From Nitrososphaerales archaeon (GTDB taxonomy: Archaea; Thermoproteota; Nitrososphaeria; Nitrososphaerales; UBA213), in the NCBI GenBank assembly GCA_965197925.1, contig CBDAOC010000018.1, positions 239,346-303,345 of the forward strand: DNA of 64,000 nucleotides, in the 5' to 3' direction. The notes under the pieces are model-generated. The model did not search any database. It saw only the letters and a program-made list of their open reading frames with translations, and was not told the DNA's origin. Both the position numbers and the translations under genes were made by a program. Below, in pieces: positions 60,724 through 64,000 of this stretch (its first letter is position 1; the number at the start of each line of letters is the position of its first letter).

Positions 60724-61698
60724 TTAATCTACAATTAGACCATCGTATTCTATTTTTGCCACAAAACCTCTATATCTTTTCATGAATTTCATTATCTTTT
60801 TCTTACAATGCTTGCTTGTTAACACTATAATACATCCACCACCACCAGCACCAGTTATCTTAGCGCCCAAGGCTCCATTTTTCAAAGCATTTTGTACTAA
60901 ATTGTCTAACACAATTCTAGAAACACCTAATCTAGATAACAGACCATGGTTTAAGGTCATAAGCAAACCAATTTCTTTATAATCTTGATCATTTAACGCT
61001 TTTAGTCCACATAAAGTAATCTTTTCACTCTTGGTAGCCAAATCCATAAAGAGGTCATTATTTCTTTCATGCTTTTGTTCAACTCTGGAAACCACCTTAC
61101 CCGTGGTTCTTCTTATTCCTGAATTGAGAAGAATCAACTGCAAATCAATCTCTGAATTAATAGGTTTCACACTCTTATTTTTGGTGTATAACATAAGCCC
61201 GCCATAAGTACAAATTGCAGAGTCTGCCCCAGATGGATTCCCATGAACCATTTTTTCTGTATTTAATGATATATCACAGATTTTCTTCTTGCTTAACTGC
61301 CCAAAAAGCGCTCCTACGGCGCCTATGGTTCCTACAGAACAAGCCGCAGATGATCCGAGGCCTACACCCTGTTGAAATTCAGATCTGATACTTATGTCGA
61401 GTCCAACATTAGCATTAAATTCATTCATAGTATCAGTAGCGGCTGTCAGTATCGATTGTGCTAACGATTTAAAAGGTCTAGTCTGTATTTGCCTCCGTTC
61501 TTTCTGATCGAAAGAACCAGCAAAATCTATATTTGATTTAATTACAATTCTATCATCTTTTCTTATTTTAACATCAACATGAACTTTCTTATCAATCGAA
61601 GCCAATATTGCCGGTTTACCGTAGACCACAAAATGTTCTCCAAATAATATTACTTTAGCAGGTGCAATCGCTCTTGCATGATTTTTTATGGGATTCAT
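60724..61698 (-). CDS. mvk: Mevalonate kinase
   Basis: GHMP kinase motifs APAKVILFGEHFVVYG and GLGSSAA. Confidence 0.9.
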   Translation of the reverse strand: MNPIKNHARAIAPAKVILFGEHFVVYGKPAILASIDKKVHVDVKIRKDDRIVIKSNIDFAGSFDQKERRQIQTRPFKSLAQSILTAATDTMNEFNANVGLDISIRSEFQQGVGLGSSAACSVGTIGAVGALFGQLSKKKICDISLNTEKMVHGNPSGADSAICTYGGLMLYTKNKSVKPINSEIDLQLILLNSGIRRTTGKVVSRVEQKHERNNDLFMDLATKSEKITLCGLKALNDQDYKEIGLLMTLNHGLLSRLGVSRIVLDNLVQNALKNGALGAKITGAGGGGCIIVLTSKHCKKKIMKFMKRYRGFVAKIEYDGLIVD

Positions 61699-62528
61699 GT
61701 AAAGATTATCGATCCGTAACCAACTACGGAATCCTTTTTATCAGTAATATCACCGCTTGTTGCATATTTCATTAATTCACCTTTCTTTGCTCCAAGAATT
61801 TTCGCAGCAAACATAACTGAGGCAATTGCTCCATATCCACATGTTGAAACTCGCAGTTTTCTTAACACCGTGTAAAATTTGTTAAGATCTAGGTCAAGTA
61901 TAGTCTTAATCAATTCATTATCCTTCCTGTAGGCTACTTCATTGGGTTCATAGTGTGTAAAATCAGAAGAAGCTATTAAAAGAGCGTTTCTATCCTTGCA
62001 AATTTCAGCTATTGCTTTTCCTACGTCTGAAGCGGTTTCCATATCCTGCATCCACATAATTATTGGTAGTATTTTGAAATTTTCATAAACGAATTGTAGC
62101 ATCGGTAACTGAACTTCTAAGCAATGATCTTCAGTGTGCGCAGAATCATCAATATCTACTATTCCAGATATTTTCACAACACTCTCAGCGGCCCTGTCAT
62201 CAACGCTTATAACACCTAAGGAAGTCTCCCAATAACACATACTCGTAGTTGCTACACCACTACCTATACCGTAGTGATTTGGCCCGATCATTATTACTAT
62301 ATCAGTGTTCAGAGACGACACTGCATAATATGAATGCGCAGCTACCGACCCTGAATATGCATAACCTGCATGAGGGCAAACCATCCCAATTATTTTTCTT
62401 TCATTATCAGTAGGGGGTTTCTTTCGTGGTCCGTAAGGGTGTGTAAAACAATTTTCAATCATCTGTACTAATTCGTGCTTATTTGATGGATAAAATGATC
62501 CTGCTACGGCGGGTTTCCTAACCCGCAT
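61695..62528 (-). CDS. MEMO1-family protein (AmmeMemoRadiSam system protein B)
   Basis: PAVAGSFYP and CPHAGYAYSG motifs. Confidence 0.85.
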   Translation of the reverse strand: MRVRKPAVAGSFYPSNKHELVQMIENCFTHPYGPRKKPPTDNERKIIGMVCPHAGYAYSGSVAAHSYYAVSSLNTDIVIMIGPNHYGIGSGVATTSMCYWETSLGVISVDDRAAESVVKISGIVDIDDSAHTEDHCLEVQLPMLQFVYENFKILPIIMWMQDMETASDVGKAIAEICKDRNALLIASSDFTHYEPNEVAYRKDNELIKTILDLDLNKFYTVLRKLRVSTCGYGAIASVMFAAKILGAKKGELMKYATSGDITDKKDSVVGYGSIIFT

Positions 62529-62532
62529 AAAT

Positions 62533-63186
62533 TCAAGTTACCTCCTCCTCTGTCAACTTGGTTTCAAAATCATCAATCACATATTCATTACCATTATAAA
62601 CTATTTTATCTATAGGTTGTTCTTCAGGCTTTATTTTATTCAATCTGGCAAGAACTTCCTTTGCTATAAGCCAATACACTGTAGCAAGAGCTTTTCGTCC
62701 TCTGTTATTAGCGGGTATTACAAGATCAACTTTTGACGTAACATTATCACTATTAGATATAGCTATAACGGGCAATCCTGCTCTCGTAGCCTCGAGCACT
62801 GCCTGCTCGTCCGCTTGAGGGTCGGTGACTAAGATAAGCCCAGGTTCCATGTAGTTGGGGAGTAAGGGATTGGTAAAAGTTCCAGGCATGAATCTTTCCA
62901 GTATTGGGGTAGCACCAGTAAGCTCGCAGAACTTCTGAACAGGCGTTTTACCATATTCTCTAGCTGAACATACAGCCACCTTTAATAGTGGCATTCTAGA
63001 AATAAAGCTTGCCGTAACTTCAATTCTCTCAAGCGTTTGATTCATATCAAGTATGTATAATCCTTCAGGGTTGGTCTTTGTTATGAAAGGCAACATATAC
63101 TTGGTCTTTACAGGTGTACCTACCCTTATACCTGTGGAAAGCAACATCTTTTCAAGCAGATTTTCCCCTTCAACGGCAGTCATCAT
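62533..63186 (-). CDS. rps2: 30S ribosomal protein S2
   Basis: LLSTGIRVGT..., VTDPQADEQAVLEA and IPVIAISNSD blocks. Confidence 0.93.
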   Translation of the reverse strand: MMTAVEGENLLEKMLLSTGIRVGTPVKTKYMLPFITKTNPEGLYILDMNQTLERIEVTASFISRMPLLKVAVCSAREYGKTPVQKFCELTGATPILERFMPGTFTNPLLPNYMEPGLILVTDPQADEQAVLEATRAGLPVIAISNSDNVTSKVDLVIPANNRGRKALATVYWLIAKEVLARLNKIKPEEQPIDKIVYNGNEYVIDDFETKLTEEEVT

Positions 63187-63210
63187 AACTCACTACATAA
63201 TACACTAATT

Positions 63211-64000
63211 TTAAACTTCTGCCATACCATCTATCAACTTGGTCTCTGAAAGTCGTAACAATTCGTTCAACTTGGCTATCCTTTCTCCTCCCAAAACTCC
63301 AGTCTTGATCATTCTAGCCTCTGTTGCAATAGCTATATGGGCCAAATGATTATCGATAGATTCGCCAGATCTGTGTGATGCTATTAACTTGACTTTATTT
63401 TCATTGCATTTTTTAGCAAAACACATTGCATCATGCAAACTGCCTGCCTGATTTACTTTCAATATTGCGGCGTTACAAGCACCATGTTTAATGGCCTTGG
63501 TAAGTTTTCCCACATTGGTTACTAATAGATCATCACCTGTAACATATACATTCCTGAATCTCTTAGTCAATTCAGTCATTTCCTCAAAAGCTTCCTCATG
63601 CACTGGATCTTCTACGTAGATCAGTTTATAGTCTTTGATTATTTTTGAAACGAATTCAACCTGTCTTGAAGGTGTAAGCTTCTTTCCTGAACGCTCATAT
63701 ACATACGCATTTGATTTTTCATTCCATAGAGAAGATGTGGCAAAATCAACACCTATTGCAATATCCCTTCCAAGTTTGAACCCGCAATCATTACATGCAT
63801 TCTCAACTGCATCCAAAGCATGTATATCGTTCATTCTAGGAGCCCATGCACCCTCATCACCCCTTCCATAAGTAAATTCTTTATCCTTGCGTTGTATAAT
63901 ATTCTTAAGCTCCTTATGCACTTTAATATTCATTTCCAACGCCTTGTTGATCGATTTGGCACCTATAGGTATGACAAGAAATTCTTGTATATCCGGTGTT
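63211..64000 (-). CDS. eno: Enolase, C-terminal part (5' end beyond the window)
   Basis: GDDLLVTN, ILKVNQAGSL and SHRSGES signature blocks. The reading frame stays open to the window edge. Confidence 0.9.
   Translation of the reverse strand, partial: TPDIQEFLVIPIGAKSINKALEMNIKVHKELKNIIQRKDKEFTYGRGDEGAWAPRMNDIHALDAVENACNDCGFKLGRDIAIGVDFATSSLWNEKSNAYVYERSGKKLTPSRQVEFVSKIIKDYKLIYVEDPVHEEAFEEMTELTKRFRNVYVTGDDLLVTNVGKLTKAIKHGACNAAILKVNQAGSLHDAMCFAKKCNENKVKLIASHRSGESIDNHLAHIAIATEARMIKTGVLGGERIAKLNELLRLSETKLIDGMAEV

Overview
AT-rich archaeal chromosomal segment. The gene content and multi-intron tRNAs suggest a TACK/Thaumarchaeota-like lineage, but that assignment is inference only. Housekeeping blocks are all recognised from ORF translations. 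They include the A-type ATP synthase operon (atpK-E-C-F-A-B-D, minus strand), a sulfite reductase plus rhodanese pair, galT-like, apgM and rps24e-rps27ae. They also include an srp54-pus10 operon, dph6-like, aIF5A and gltX. A mevalonate/isoprenoid cluster is present (GGPP synthase, IDI-2, IPK, then mvk-MEMO-rps2-eno). Four tRNA genes are present. Three carry bulge-helix-bulge (BHB) introns: Trp has two, Tyr has two, and Gly has one in the D-loop. About 11 kb (~17% by my coordinates) is mobile DNA. This comprises four copies of a ~1.09-kb IS ('IS-A'), three of a ~1.04-kb IS5/IS1031-like element ('IS-B'), and two identical copies plus one diverged nested copy of an 877-bp IS5-like element ('IS-C'). 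It also includes a 139-bp MITE in two copies with 9-bp target duplications, and two IS remnants. The best lead is the only aIF5A gene in the window. It is interrupted inside the hypusine-lysine codon by a 22-nt insert whose RNA folds into a near-canonical BHB motif. Cleavage at the standard bulge positions restores the reading frame exactly, so this is a candidate protein-gene (mRNA) BHB intron. Secondary leads: a tRNA-Trp intron with box D'/C'-like motifs positioned to guide 2'-O-methylation of position 39; an orphan MITE; IS-bracketed sulfur-assimilation genes; an in-frame TGA splitting a PKD domain; and a nucleotidyltransferase-kinase fusion co-oriented with srp54-pus10. No CRISPR array, rRNA or recognisable defence system was seen. 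All calls come from reading the sequence and translations; no database search was run.
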